Positions 1-9,873 of a stretch of 64,000 nt of DNA are shown here, one piece after another. Source of the DNA: Candidatus Heimdallarchaeota archaeon (GTDB lineage: Archaea > Asgardarchaeota > Heimdallarchaeia > Heimdallarchaeales > Heimdallarchaeaceae); assembly GCA_016839945.1 (NCBI GenBank), contig JAEOTE010000007.1, positions 1 to 64,000 on the forward strand, written 5' to 3'. The notes beneath the pieces were generated by a model that saw only the letters and a list, made by a program, of their open reading frames with translations, made no database searches and was not told the origin of the DNA. Numbering within the stretch: the first letter of the stretch is position 1; the number at the start of each line of letters is the position of its first letter. The position numbers and the translations under genes are program-made.

Positions 1-29
1 ATAACGGTATTCTCTGTTATCTGAACCAT
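1..29 (-). CDS. Possible 5' end of a gene running off the left edge (MVQITENTV...)
   Basis: ATG at 29 on minus strand, frame open to window edge, AT-rich upstream region; too short to assign. Confidence 0.3.
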
Positions 30-128
30 AATATCAAAAATACAATAATCTAATATTAATAAAAATACTTCGTAAAATTTCTGTTTAGTTTTAATAATCC
101 AAGATAAATATAATTTCAGTGAATTTGC

Positions 129-416
129 TTGGTTAAGATTATTTTACTCTATGAATCTGAATGCTATAATTGTGGTGTTAAAGCAAAATTTGCTTGTTCG
201 TTATGCGAAAAACCTCTATGTGGGAGATGTATAAGTAGAGAAAAGAAAGATCTTTTGAACAATATACTAATTCCCTCTGGTTTATGTAAGGATTGCATTA
301 GAGATAGAGTAGATGATTACAATCAAGGAAATTTTAATCCCCTTTCTGAAGCAGTTACTATTTATGTTACTGAACCATCACACATGAAAAGAATCAAAAT
401 CTCGAGAAAAGATTAA
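129..416 (+). CDS. Small Cys-rich zinc-finger protein
   Basis: Four CxxC pairs: CYNC, CSLC, CGRC, CKDC. Confidence 0.65.
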   Translation: MVKIILLYESECYNCGVKAKFACSLCEKPLCGRCISREKKDLLNNILIPSGLCKDCIRDRVDDYNQGNFNPLSEAVTIYVTEPSHMKRIKISRKD

Positions 417-451
417 GAATAATAGAATAATATCTCTTTTAGAATTTACAT

Positions 452-1804
452 ATGACTGAAAAAATTGAAAATAAAGTAATCCAGAAGAAAATCTTAAAAG
501 AACCTATTATGTGGAAGTTTCGGCTTTATGGCTTCTTTAAAAATCTAAGATTCTTTGAACCTTACTTAATTATCATGCTCTATGCTTATCTTGAAGGTTT
601 TAATTCTGAGTTTATTCTTTTCAAAATAGGTCTGATTTTTCTAGTACAAGAAGTGTTTACTTATGTTTTTGAAGTTCCCTCTGGGATTATAGCTGATAGA
701 TTTGGAAAGAAGAATGAATTACTCATCTGTTTTGTATTTTATATTATATCTTTTGTTCTTTTTTTCGTAGGGCTAGGTCAACCAATGAATTATTTCTTTG
801 TAGTGTTTCTAGCAGCTGCTTTCTATGGTTTGGGTGAATCTTTCCGTTCTGGAACACATAAAGCAATGATTCTAACATGGATGGATAGAAACGACTATCA
901 AAATCATAAAACCTTCGTCTATGGTAGAACACGTTCTTGGTCTTTAATTGGTTCAACAATCAATGGTGTAGCATCAATATTTCTGATAATATTTGTTCCT
1001 GCAACTCAATGGGTTTTTCTAATAACAATCATCCCATATTTATTGGATTTTACCCTCATTTCTACATATCCTTCCTACATGAATGAAAAGATATCTGATG
1101 GAAAAGGATTCTGGAAAGATATAGGAGGGGGGTTCAAAGATATGTATTTGGCATTTAAAAATAAGAGGTTACTCAAAGGTATTTTCTCTTCGTCTAGTTA
1201 TGATGCAGTTTACAAGAGTTTGAAGGATTATATTCAACCAATTATCAAAATTTACATAATTTTAGTTATAGCAAATCTTGGATTGAATCTTGAAAGTTGG
1301 AATCTTAGTGAGGACAATTTTATCGCCATAGTTCTAGGAATCATGTATTCTATTTTTTATCTGATTTCCTCATTCTCTTCTCGAAATGCATACAAGGTTA
1401 AAAATTGGACTAAGGGAGCAAAAACTGCAATGGATATACTCTTTTATCTTTTTGCAGGGATTCTTATTCTAAATTCCTTATTTATTTGGTTAGAATTGCC
1501 TATCGTTGTAGTTTTTCTTTACCTATTTATTTATGTATTCGAGAATATCAGAAGACCTCTTTGTGTGGATTATCTTGGTGATATTATGAAAAAAGAGCAA
1601 AGAGCAACAATACTAAGTGTAGAGGCTCAATTTAAATCAATATTAGTTTTCATTTTTGCTCCTCTTTTTGGATTGATAGCAGATTTTTCTATACCAGGAT
1701 TGTTTGTCGGAATCGCAGTTTTGATGGTTTTAGTCAACTTTTTCCTACTCTCAGGAGATAAAAAAGAAGAGAAAACGAAAATAGAAGAAGATTTAGAAGC
1801 TTAA
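452..1804 (+). CDS. MFS transporter
   Basis: ~12 hydrophobic segments; MFS motif A-like EVPSGIIADRFGKK; GESFRSGT. Confidence 0.9.
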   Translation: MTEKIENKVIQKKILKEPIMWKFRLYGFFKNLRFFEPYLIIMLYAYLEGFNSEFILFKIGLIFLVQEVFTYVFEVPSGIIADRFGKKNELLICFVFYIISFVLFFVGLGQPMNYFFVVFLAAAFYGLGESFRSGTHKAMILTWMDRNDYQNHKTFVYGRTRSWSLIGSTINGVASIFLIIFVPATQWVFLITIIPYLLDFTLISTYPSYMNEKISDGKGFWKDIGGGFKDMYLAFKNKRLLKGIFSSSSYDAVYKSLKDYIQPIIKIYIILVIANLGLNLESWNLSEDNFIAIVLGIMYSIFYLISSFSSRNAYKVKNWTKGAKTAMDILFYLFAGILILNSLFIWLELPIVVVFLYLFIYVFENIRRPLCVDYLGDIMKKEQRATILSVEAQFKSILVFIFAPLFGLIADFSIPGLFVGIAVLMVLVNFFLLSGDKKEEKTKIEEDLEA

Positions 1805-2253
1805 CTTTCAATTTCCTTTGTATCTACCCCAGCTTGTTTTAAGTGATGTACATCATGTCCCCACAAAGAATAAAAGTTTAGTAGCCTTTCATCATCTTGA
1901 AAATAGTTTTCAATAATTCTTTCATAGATACCAATTAGCTTATCTCTTGTATCTTGGAATTTTTTTACAGCTTCTGATGAGGAGAGTTTTTTGTTCTTAT
2001 CCAAAAAACTTTGATTAACTTCATCTAAATCTAAATCTTCAGGGAAGTATTCAGTCCATATAAACGGTTTTCCAGCGATGATATGTTCTGAAACTTTGAT
2101 CATTTCCTCGTCCCATCCTTCCAGATGAAGAGCTAATTCTCTTTTACCCCAACCATTAGGAAGATTTGTATCTTCTGGAAGTTCCATGAAGGTTTTAGTT
2201 GTAAGCTTAAGCTTATCTGTCGAAACCATAGCTTGTTCTTTTAATTTTTCCAT
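1801..2253 (-). CDS. DinB/ClbS-DfsB-like four-helix-bundle protein
   Basis: WGKRELALHLEGWDE and C-terminal HDVHH His motifs; start moved to MEKLK (2253) because the upstream extension is an A/T terminator-like tract. Confidence 0.6.
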   Translation of the reverse strand: MEKLKEQAMVSTDKLKLTTKTFMELPEDTNLPNGWGKRELALHLEGWDEEMIKVSEHIIAGKPFIWTEYFPEDLDLDEVNQSFLDKNKKLSSSEAVKKFQDTRDKLIGIYERIIENYFQDDERLLNFYSLWGHDVHHLKQAGVDTKEIES

Positions 2254-2326
2254 AACAAAATTTGATACTGGACACTTAAGAATTTTTTTTAATTTTTTTA
2301 AAAAAATAAAAGTTTTTAAGCTAATA

Positions 2327-2845
2327 TTATCCATTCATTGCAAATATCTTTCCTATTTCTGCAGCCCAGTTTTCTACATCTTCTAAATTTCTGTTATCTG
2401 AACGGAAACTAGGCAGCTTCCCTGATGCTTTTAATAGCCAAATATGAGGTATTTTAGATTTGGGAACTCGTCCCCCAAAAGCTTTCATAGAAATTGGTTT
2501 AATGTGAGGATATTTACCTACTATATCCTTTAAAAATGCCTTGTATGCCTGTTTATACAGCTTTTTTTCTCCTGCGAATCCTGCGCAAACAAATATAGCT
2601 ATTTTCTTCCCTTGAAAATCTTTTTTTAGGAAAGTTTCTGCATTGTTTCCCCACTTACCATGAAAAATGCAACTACCAATGACAATATTCTCATATTTTG
2701 AGGTATTTGGATGTTCTTTCTTCTCTTCAAATCTATGTAAATCAACTTCAAGATTGTATTCATTTTCAAGAACTTCAGATATCAGAGAAGCAGCTTCTTT
2801 AGTAGAACCATATAATGTTTGATAAGAAACAAGTGTTTTCCCCAT
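2327..2845 (-). CDS. Flavodoxin-domain protein (Flavodoxin_5 / HemG-like)
   Basis: YQTLYGSTKE FMN loop, IVIGSCI, AFGG, DNRNLEDVENWA; start at MGKT. Confidence 0.85.
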   Translation of the reverse strand: MGKTLVSYQTLYGSTKEAASLISEVLENEYNLEVDLHRFEEKKEHPNTSKYENIVIGSCIFHGKWGNNAETFLKKDFQGKKIAIFVCAGFAGEKKLYKQAYKAFLKDIVGKYPHIKPISMKAFGGRVPKSKIPHIWLLKASGKLPSFRSDNRNLEDVENWAAEIGKIFAMNG

Positions 2846-3021
2846 TAATGTCACTTCTATGAACAACGAGTCTGAAAATGCTTTTAATATTTAGCATTTT
2901 ACAAATTTTCTAATGCCTGAAAGGACTAATGACTATTTTTGATACACCTAATATTTAATAAGTAGATTATTCATCGTTAATCATTAAGATTATTACAAAC
3001 AGATAAAATTGGTGACTTTAA

Positions 3022-3537
3022 ATGAATGAAACATTAATTGTATATGGAACAAGATATGGTGCAACAACTGAAGCTTGTGCTGAAATACAAAAAATACTTG
3101 AGAATGAATTCAAGTTTCATGTTGAAATTTGGGATCTTAAAGATTATCGTGCATGTCCCGATTTAAGTGATTTTGAGAACATCATTATAGGTAGTGGCAT
3201 AGAGTATGGGAAATGGGTTGAAAATACAGAAAAGTATCTTAAAGAGAATAAATTTGAAGATAAGAAATTAGCTGTATTCATTTCTTCAAGTTATGCTGGA
3301 GAAGAAGATCTCTATGATTATGCAAAGAAAAATTTCATAGATAAAATACTAGAAAAATATCCACATATCAAACCTGTTGCTCAAGCTGCTTTTGGAGGAA
3401 GAATTCCAAAGAAAGAATTACCTAAAATTGCAGATGAAAGGCTTTTAGGCAGATTACCTAAATTTCAGATAGATAATAGAGATTGGGATAAAATCCGAGA
3501 TTGGGCTCGAGAATTAGGTAAAATCTTTACTCAATAG
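3022..3537 (+). CDS. Flavodoxin-domain protein (Flavodoxin_5 / HemG-like), paralog of 2327-2845
   Basis: YGTRYGAT, IIIGSGI, AFGG, DNRDWDKIRDWA; GGTGA SD upstream. Confidence 0.88.
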   Translation: MNETLIVYGTRYGATTEACAEIQKILENEFKFHVEIWDLKDYRACPDLSDFENIIIGSGIEYGKWVENTEKYLKENKFEDKKLAVFISSSYAGEEDLYDYAKKNFIDKILEKYPHIKPVAQAAFGGRIPKKELPKIADERLLGRLPKFQIDNRDWDKIRDWARELGKIFTQ

Positions 3538-3564
3538 AAATTTTAAACAAAATTTCTTTTTTTA

Positions 3565-4104
3565 TCATTCTTCTTCCTTTTTTCGAAGAATTTCAGCTGA
3601 AACAAATTTTTCTCCATCAAAAGCAAGTCTTACACCTTCACAGGTATCAAGAGGTTTACCCCAAAAATTATAGTCTATGTTTGGAAGACATCCTATTACA
3701 CATATCTCTATTAATCCTCCATGACTCACAATAAGTATTGATCCTTTTTCTGGTAATTCCAAAACTAGAGATTTAATAAATTCAGTCATTTCTTTTGAGT
3801 ATTCAGCTGTTTTACCACCATTTTGAATCACTTCAGCATACTGAGGAAAACTTATTCCCCACTCTAATTCTTCTTCTAAACCTTCAGGAGTCTGACTAAT
3901 TTCATCATATGTTTCATCTATTGCAAAACCCATTGCAACAGCTGTTTCAATAGCTCTTGGTGCTGTACTGGCTATAACTCGATTGAAGCCACCCATTTCC
4001 TTGCCTGTCTCCTTTGCTAAATTCACTCCTTCTTGGTTTAAATGGGGTGAAGGTTTTACCCGAATTGAATGTCTTCTAAATTCAACAATTTTCATTACTT
4101 TCAC
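3565..4104 (-). CDS. Histidine phosphatase (phosphoglycerate mutase) family protein
   Basis: N-terminal RRHS, STAPRAIETA, LIVSHGG. Confidence 0.8.
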   Translation of the reverse strand: MKVMKIVEFRRHSIRVKPSPHLNQEGVNLAKETGKEMGGFNRVIASTAPRAIETAVAMGFAIDETYDEISQTPEGLEEELEWGISFPQYAEVIQNGGKTAEYSKEMTEFIKSLVLELPEKGSILIVSHGGLIEICVIGCLPNIDYNFWGKPLDTCEGVRLAFDGEKFVSAEILRKKEEE

Positions 4105-4263
4105 TTTTTAGTTAGAAAAAATGTAATAAAATCTTTTTGGATTGCTTTATATATCCTAACAATTTCGTTTAATCAACTCTTATTTTGGTGGATTTTTTCT
4201 CTTTTTGTCTTTTAGAATGAGAAGAAGTGATTAAAACATCATTTTTGCGTAACATCTTTATAT

Positions 4264-4962
4264 TTGAAAGATAATTTAACTATTGAGAAAGTAAAAATGT
4301 CGGCTAAAGAAGAAAAAGCAACTGACTTGACAGACACAATCTTGCACTGCTCTACTTTAGTATGTGACACATTAGTAAGAATGGCAGATATGGTTACATT
4401 ATCTCTACTTTATCATCCTGGGATGGAGGAAAGAACTGTAAAGATGAAACAATTATACGAGAATGTGATAAATTTCATTGATGATATCACTTCTTCTATA
4501 TATCAACCTCAAGATAGTTTAGAGCTTTCAATTAACCAGTATGATCCTATTTTCTTTCATCTAAAGAATGTTTCAAAACTTATGATTGATCTAATAGCTC
4601 TTCTATCTCAAGAACACATAGAGATGCAATTACAAACTATGGAATATTTTTATAACATGAATAAATTCATCTTGAATTGTATCAATATCCTTAACAGCTT
4701 AGTACATGCTAGTTTGCAGGATATCCAATTCTATGATAAAACTGAAATAACCAATGTAGAATTAGGCGCAAACGAACTTTATAGATTATTACTCCGTGAT
4801 TTACCTGCAAGTGCTAAAGAATGGAAAAGTGCTTTTACTTTATATTTAGTAGGAGAGAAAATGAGTGCGATTGTTTTTCATTGTTGTGAAGCTGGAAAGA
4901 AAATTTATGCAGCTCGTTTTGCAGCAATTGGATTAAAAGAACCAAATAAACCTGAAGAATAA
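4264..4962 (+). CDS. PhoU/DUF47-like helical-bundle protein (divergent)
   Basis: All-helical; C-terminal repeat ELGANELYRLLLRDL...EKMSAIVFHC resembles PhoU/DUF47; start may be ATG 4297. Confidence 0.45.
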   Translation: MKDNLTIEKVKMSAKEEKATDLTDTILHCSTLVCDTLVRMADMVTLSLLYHPGMEERTVKMKQLYENVINFIDDITSSIYQPQDSLELSINQYDPIFFHLKNVSKLMIDLIALLSQEHIEMQLQTMEYFYNMNKFILNCINILNSLVHASLQDIQFYDKTEITNVELGANELYRLLLRDLPASAKEWKSAFTLYLVGEKMSAIVFHCCEAGKKIYAARFAAIGLKEPNKPEE

Positions 4963-5007
4963 AACTGCAAAATAGGACACTTTTAATATATTTTTGAAAA
5001 CAATTTC

Positions 5008-5787
5008 TTGAGCTATATGGAAGTTTCTCGATATCAAATCGAACCTCAAATAGAGATTATTGATGCTCAACCAATTCTCTATTTGGATGATCTAAAAGCT
5101 ATTGTCTTGGCAGATCTTCATTTAGGAATAGAGGCAATTATGTCTGAAGATGGTTCTTTTTCTCCATATAATCAAACAAAGGAGCTAACAAAAGTAGTCA
5201 TTGATTATCTCCGTTTAATTAAGCCGAAATTACTAATTCTAAATGGAGATATCAAGCATAGTTTTCATGAGCCTACAAAAATGGAAAATAGAGATGTTAA
5301 AAGCTTTTTAGAAGCTATTTCACTTTATGTAAGAGAAATTCATATTATTAAAGGAAATCATGATCTTTTTTTGAGTTGGGCAATTAAAGATATTGAGAAT
5401 ATAACCTTCCATGCAGAAAGTTTCTCAAGTGGACAATATTATTTTTCACATGGAGATAAACAGCTACCAGAGAGTTTACCTGAAGAGGTTAAATATGTAG
5501 TAATTGCTCATGAACACCCGATTTTTTCATCAAAAGTTAACAACCTGCAGAAAATAAAAGCTCCAACTTTTCTTTTAGGTCCTTTAAATAATACAAAAGC
5601 AAAATTAATCGTTTTACCTGCTTTTTCAAGTTATTCAGTAGGTACACCTATTTACCCTTATTACAAGGATAATTTACTTTCACCTATACTGAAAGAAAAT
5701 GCAATTCTTCCCGAATTCGAGCTTTTCGTGCTTGATGAAAAGAAAGAAGTTCTACATTTTCCATCATTTAAGCTTTGGTACAAATGA
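5008..5787 (+). CDS. Calcineurin-like metallophosphoesterase (COG1407 type)
   Basis: ADLHLG, NGDIKH, KGNHD, SHGD, HEHP, LPAFS motifs. Confidence 0.88.
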   Translation: MSYMEVSRYQIEPQIEIIDAQPILYLDDLKAIVLADLHLGIEAIMSEDGSFSPYNQTKELTKVVIDYLRLIKPKLLILNGDIKHSFHEPTKMENRDVKSFLEAISLYVREIHIIKGNHDLFLSWAIKDIENITFHAESFSSGQYYFSHGDKQLPESLPEEVKYVVIAHEHPIFSSKVNNLQKIKAPTFLLGPLNNTKAKLIVLPAFSSYSVGTPIYPYYKDNLLSPILKENAILPEFELFVLDEKKEVLHFPSFKLWYK

Positions 5788-5872
5788 AAGTTCCACTTTT
5801 TCACAGAATAATTTTATAAATCCGAACCGTATAACATACACATTAAAGGTAAATAGCTGTAAGATGATAAGA

Positions 5873-6157
5873 ATGCCAAAAAAAGAGAGTTTTCGACCAA
5901 CAATTTGTATTTTTCCGTGTCCTGTTTGCGTAATTGACAGTGATATAGATTTGTTTGAAGAAGTATCTCGTTCAACCTTTTACTGTAGAATTTGTAGCAG
6001 AGTTTACATCTGTAAATTACCTTTAGGTTCAATTAATGTAGGAGAAGAAGTTCGATATATATGCCCAATTGATCATACAGAACTAGAAGAATCACCTTTT
6101 AGATCAAAAGAAATAGAACTCCTTATAGAAAAAGCTAAAGAAGGGAAGAAGAAATAA
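5873..6157 (+). CDS. Small zinc-binding protein
   Basis: CPVC, CRIC, CPIDH; start placed at MPKK to avoid overlap with the upstream gene. Confidence 0.6.
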   Translation: MPKKESFRPTICIFPCPVCVIDSDIDLFEEVSRSTFYCRICSRVYICKLPLGSINVGEEVRYICPIDHTELEESPFRSKEIELLIEKAKEGKKK

Positions 6158-6170
6158 TTTTTTGAGATAG

Positions 6171-7133
6171 ATGGATTCAAAGAAAGACAAATATCCTAAA
6201 GTTATTCCAATTGATATCAATGGAAATATTTCTATCGCTAAATTAGTAGAAGAATTTAAATCATCTGGAGTCTTTGGCCCAGGTAGAATAGCAAAAGCTG
6301 TAGAGATATATTCTGATATGATTGAAGAAGAATCAACCATATTTTTAGGATTAGCAGGAGCTTTAGTTCCTGGAGGGATGAGAAATATTATCACAGATAT
6401 GATAAACAAAAACATGGTTCATGTGATAGTAACTACAGGAGCAAACGTTACTCATGATATAATCGAAGCTGTAGGAGGGAAGCATGTCCGTCAAGTAAAA
6501 TATTCTTCTGATCAAGAATTAAGAGAAAAAGCAATAGATAGAATTTATGATGCATTTGTTGCTGATGAATCGTTCATGAAATTAGAAGATCATATCCAAC
6601 CAATTTATAGTAAAATTTTCGAGGATAACAAAGACGAAAATAATGTTTTAGCTATTTCTACTTATAAATTAATGCGAGAAATAGGAAGTCATCTTGAGGA
6701 TCCCAATTCTTTTGTCAAAGCAGCTTTTAACAAGAATATTCCAATTTTTGTTCCAGCATTTGGGGATAGCATTCTAGGTCTGCAACTTTGGATGTTTTCT
6801 CAATTTAACAAGGTTTTATTAGACGATATGGATGATTTAGGGGCAATACAGAAAATAGCTAATGATTCATCAAAAGCAGGAGCATTCTTCCTTGGAGGAG
6901 GTGTCCCAAAAAATTATATTTTTCAATCTCTTCTTATATCATCAAAAACATTCTCTTCTGCTATTCAAATCACTATGGATCGAGTTGAAACAGGTGGTCT
7001 TAGTGGAGCATCCCTTTCAGAAGCTGTTTCTTGGGGAAAAGTTGATGCAGAAAGCAAGATGGTTACAGTGGTTTCAGATATCACTATAGCGCTTCCTTTA
7101 ATTTATGCAGGCACTTTAGCAAAACTTAGTTAA
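6171..7133 (+). CDS. dys: Deoxyhypusine synthase
   Basis: TTGANVTHD, DRIYD, LGGGVPKN, GGLSGASLSEAVSWGK with catalytic Lys. Confidence 0.93.
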   Translation: MDSKKDKYPKVIPIDINGNISIAKLVEEFKSSGVFGPGRIAKAVEIYSDMIEEESTIFLGLAGALVPGGMRNIITDMINKNMVHVIVTTGANVTHDIIEAVGGKHVRQVKYSSDQELREKAIDRIYDAFVADESFMKLEDHIQPIYSKIFEDNKDENNVLAISTYKLMREIGSHLEDPNSFVKAAFNKNIPIFVPAFGDSILGLQLWMFSQFNKVLLDDMDDLGAIQKIANDSSKAGAFFLGGGVPKNYIFQSLLISSKTFSSAIQITMDRVETGGLSGASLSEAVSWGKVDAESKMVTVVSDITIALPLIYAGTLAKLS

Positions 7134-7186
7134 TTGACTAGTACTAGGGTAAAGTTATTATTTGAACTTGTCTTTCATATCTATAG

Positions 7187-7990
7187 ATGAATGAGAAATA
7201 CACGACAACATTCATTTCTACTGAATGCTTAGCCAAGTACCTAGACAACACCAAATACAAAATAATTGACCTTCGAGAGATTGAGAAATATCAAGAAAGT
7301 CATATCAAAGGTTCAGTCCATATAGATAATAGTGTTTTCTTCTTTCATAATGACGAGGGTATCAATGAGCTTCCTGAAAAGAATCTTCTTGAGAAAACAC
7401 TTAGGGAGAAAGGAATAAACAATGATGACAATCTAATTCTTGTTGATGACGTATTTAATCTGAACTGTTCTCTTGCTGCTTGGACTCTAAATTATTATGG
7501 TTTCACAAATATCAAACTCTTAGATGGTGCGCTAGCAAGATGGGAAAAAGAAGAGCGTCCACTAACAGATGAAGTTATTGAATATCCTCTTGGAAAAATA
7601 AAGTTAATAGAAGAGAATGTAGAAACTCTTATCGAAAAAGATGAAATTTTAATGAGTATCAATTCAGAAGACATTCTGTTTGTTGATAATAGAACTGAAT
7701 ACGCCATATCCCATGATCAACAAGGAGGAAACATTCCAGGAGCAATTCATTACTGGTATCTAAATATATTCAAAGAATGCCCTGATTATTTTGTTCTAAA
7801 AAAATTGGAAGACATTGAAAGTGAATTAATGAAAAAGGGTATTTCAAAAGATAAGACAATTGTAGTTTATTGTGAATCAGCCCCACAATCAGCTCTTGTT
7901 TATCTAGTGTTAAAAGTATTAAATTACCCCAAAGTCAGATTATATCTTGCTGGTTTTAATGAATGGCGAATTATATGTTCATTCTTTTAA
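7187..7990 (+). CDS. Tandem-domain rhodanese / sulfurtransferase
   Basis: IIDLR, HIKGSV, LLDG, IPGAIH, active-site YCESAPQS, LYLAGFNEW. Confidence 0.9.
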   Translation: MNEKYTTTFISTECLAKYLDNTKYKIIDLREIEKYQESHIKGSVHIDNSVFFFHNDEGINELPEKNLLEKTLREKGINNDDNLILVDDVFNLNCSLAAWTLNYYGFTNIKLLDGALARWEKEERPLTDEVIEYPLGKIKLIEENVETLIEKDEILMSINSEDILFVDNRTEYAISHDQQGGNIPGAIHYWYLNIFKECPDYFVLKKLEDIESELMKKGISKDKTIVVYCESAPQSALVYLVLKVLNYPKVRLYLAGFNEWRIICSFF

Positions 7991-7998
7991 ATTATCTA

Positions 7999-9822
7999 TT
8001 AAGAGGTATTCTTAATATATTTCCTGAGAAAATTGAAATCTATATCATACATTTTTGAGATTGTTTTGTTTAAATCTAACATTTTAATTTCAATAATGTT
8101 CTTATTATTTTGTGTTTCAGAAACGAGTTGGATTATTTCTTTAACATAGGGTGTTAAAATTTTTCTTTTTCCTCTCTTGGGAATAGGAATCTTCTTCAAA
8201 GGATCACTAAAGAATTCCATTAGTTTTCCCTTCATTTTACCTGCTTCTCTGTACCAGAAGTTTATTATTTGAGAATTTAATATTCCTAAAAGAGGGTAAA
8301 TATCATTTTTATCTTTTGGAATAATACCATAAATATCTGTAGCACCAAAATAACCTTTATTGTCTAAACCAAATCTAGGAAGAGATCCCCTATATGGTGT
8401 CATTAACTTTATTTTCACCGTTTCAAAATGCTTAAGATTCCGATATACACTATAATCAAACCATCTGATCTTATCTGAATTTATCAATTTGATTCTATCT
8501 GGACCTGTTTCAAGTTCTTTCTTTTTATTTAAAAGATATTTCTGAGTTTTAGGATAATCTTCCAGATTTTCAATTCTTGAAGGTAGAATTGCATATTTTT
8601 CAGTTTGAGCTTGAATTATCCAGCTTTTGATATCTTTATTTGTTACAAAAGGAACAACTACTTCTTCTTCTATCTGATTCTTAACAATATCTTGCTGAGA
8701 AAGTACAAAAACAGATTTCAATCCTGGGGAAACTCCTTGAATGACTTTAGCAACATCTCCTAATTGAATCAATTTTTCATTCTTGTTTATTCTGTTTATT
8801 TCTTGCAAGTATGGTGATAATAACCATCTACTTTTCCCTAGTTGCTCTTGAGGAATATAGAAAGAGTATTTCTTCAGAGATTTTTCTTGGATTTTTTTAC
8901 TGAAAAAATTTCTTGGAACATTTTTTATAACTAATATTTTTTCTTTATTTTCTATCTTTTTGCTTGTTAGAATACATGTTGATACATTCAACCATTTTCC
9001 TTCATCTCTGAAAATATTCAGTTCTCCCAAATCTAGAATTTCTAAAATTTGATATTGTAATATAAATTCTCTTAACAGATCTGAATACTTGTTGTGTAAC
9101 CAATAATTGGGTAAGATGAAAGACAAATAGCCATTTTCCTTAATCAGATTTAATGATCGGATGACAAAGAAATAATATATATCTGAAGATGCTCTGAAGA
9201 AATTCTTCCAAACATTAGATGTTTTAAGATAAGTAAAAAGCAATTGAGCTTTCTCATTCTTTAGAATCATTTTTTTTAGGTTATAATATGGTGGATTCCC
9301 AAAAACAACATCGAATTTTATTTTTCCTTGGAAGTCTCTCTCCCATGAGAATGGAAGAAGTTTTCTAGCGTTGTTTTTTCCCAAAATTTGTTGAACATCG
9401 CAATCTACTATACTATTACCAATTCGTAGATTTGATAGATTTTCTATTGTTAAGATTGGATATTCATGAATTAGTCTGTTTATGCAAATATCAAGAGAAT
9501 TTTGATTTATGTCTACGCCATAAACATTTGAAGTAACAAAAGAAATGAAAAACAGTTCTTTTTCCTGTGGTTCAATCTCCTCAAAAAATCTTAACTCTCT
9601 CCAAAACCATCTAAATAACCCAAGAAGAAAATTTCCTGTTCCAACAGAAGGATCACAAAAAGAAAGATTTAGAACAGATTCTTTGAAATTCTTGAATGAA
9701 TCTTTACGAATTCTCCCATCCTTTTCTAGTTGCTTTGTAACTTTAGCTACAATATAATCTACTACAAATATTGGTGTGTAAAATTCTCCAGTTGATTTTT
9801 TTAAGAAATTTCTACTATACAT
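7999..9822 (-). CDS. Amino (N6A/N4C) DNA methyltransferase, TaqI/Eco57I gamma-class, with target recognition domain
   Basis: GEFYTP, CDPSVGTGNFL, GVDIN, FDVVFGNPPY, LLGILNS. Confidence 0.9.
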   Translation of the reverse strand: MYSRNFLKKSTGEFYTPIFVVDYIVAKVTKQLEKDGRIRKDSFKNFKESVLNLSFCDPSVGTGNFLLGLFRWFWRELRFFEEIEPQEKELFFISFVTSNVYGVDINQNSLDICINRLIHEYPILTIENLSNLRIGNSIVDCDVQQILGKNNARKLLPFSWERDFQGKIKFDVVFGNPPYYNLKKMILKNEKAQLLFTYLKTSNVWKNFFRASSDIYYFFVIRSLNLIKENGYLSFILPNYWLHNKYSDLLREFILQYQILEILDLGELNIFRDEGKWLNVSTCILTSKKIENKEKILVIKNVPRNFFSKKIQEKSLKKYSFYIPQEQLGKSRWLLSPYLQEINRINKNEKLIQLGDVAKVIQGVSPGLKSVFVLSQQDIVKNQIEEEVVVPFVTNKDIKSWIIQAQTEKYAILPSRIENLEDYPKTQKYLLNKKKELETGPDRIKLINSDKIRWFDYSVYRNLKHFETVKIKLMTPYRGSLPRFGLDNKGYFGATDIYGIIPKDKNDIYPLLGILNSQIINFWYREAGKMKGKLMEFFSDPLKKIPIPKRGKRKILTPYVKEIIQLVSETQNNKNIIEIKMLDLNKTISKMYDIDFNFLRKYIKNTS

Positions 9823-9840
9823 TTAGCAGTACTTCAATTC

Positions 9841-9856
9841 CGAGAGTATATAAAAC
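9841..9856. promoter_or_regulatory. Bidirectional TATA box (TATATAAAA) with BRE-like CGAGAG
   Basis: About 25-30 nt from the MTase ATG (minus) and from 9874 (plus). Confidence 0.55.
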
Positions 9857-9873
9857 AATTTTGTAGAAGTAAA

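Noticed and set aside
2254-2334. N-terminal extension of the DinB-like ORF and + ORF 2186-2386
   Set aside because: Region is A/T homopolymer terminator/promoter sequence
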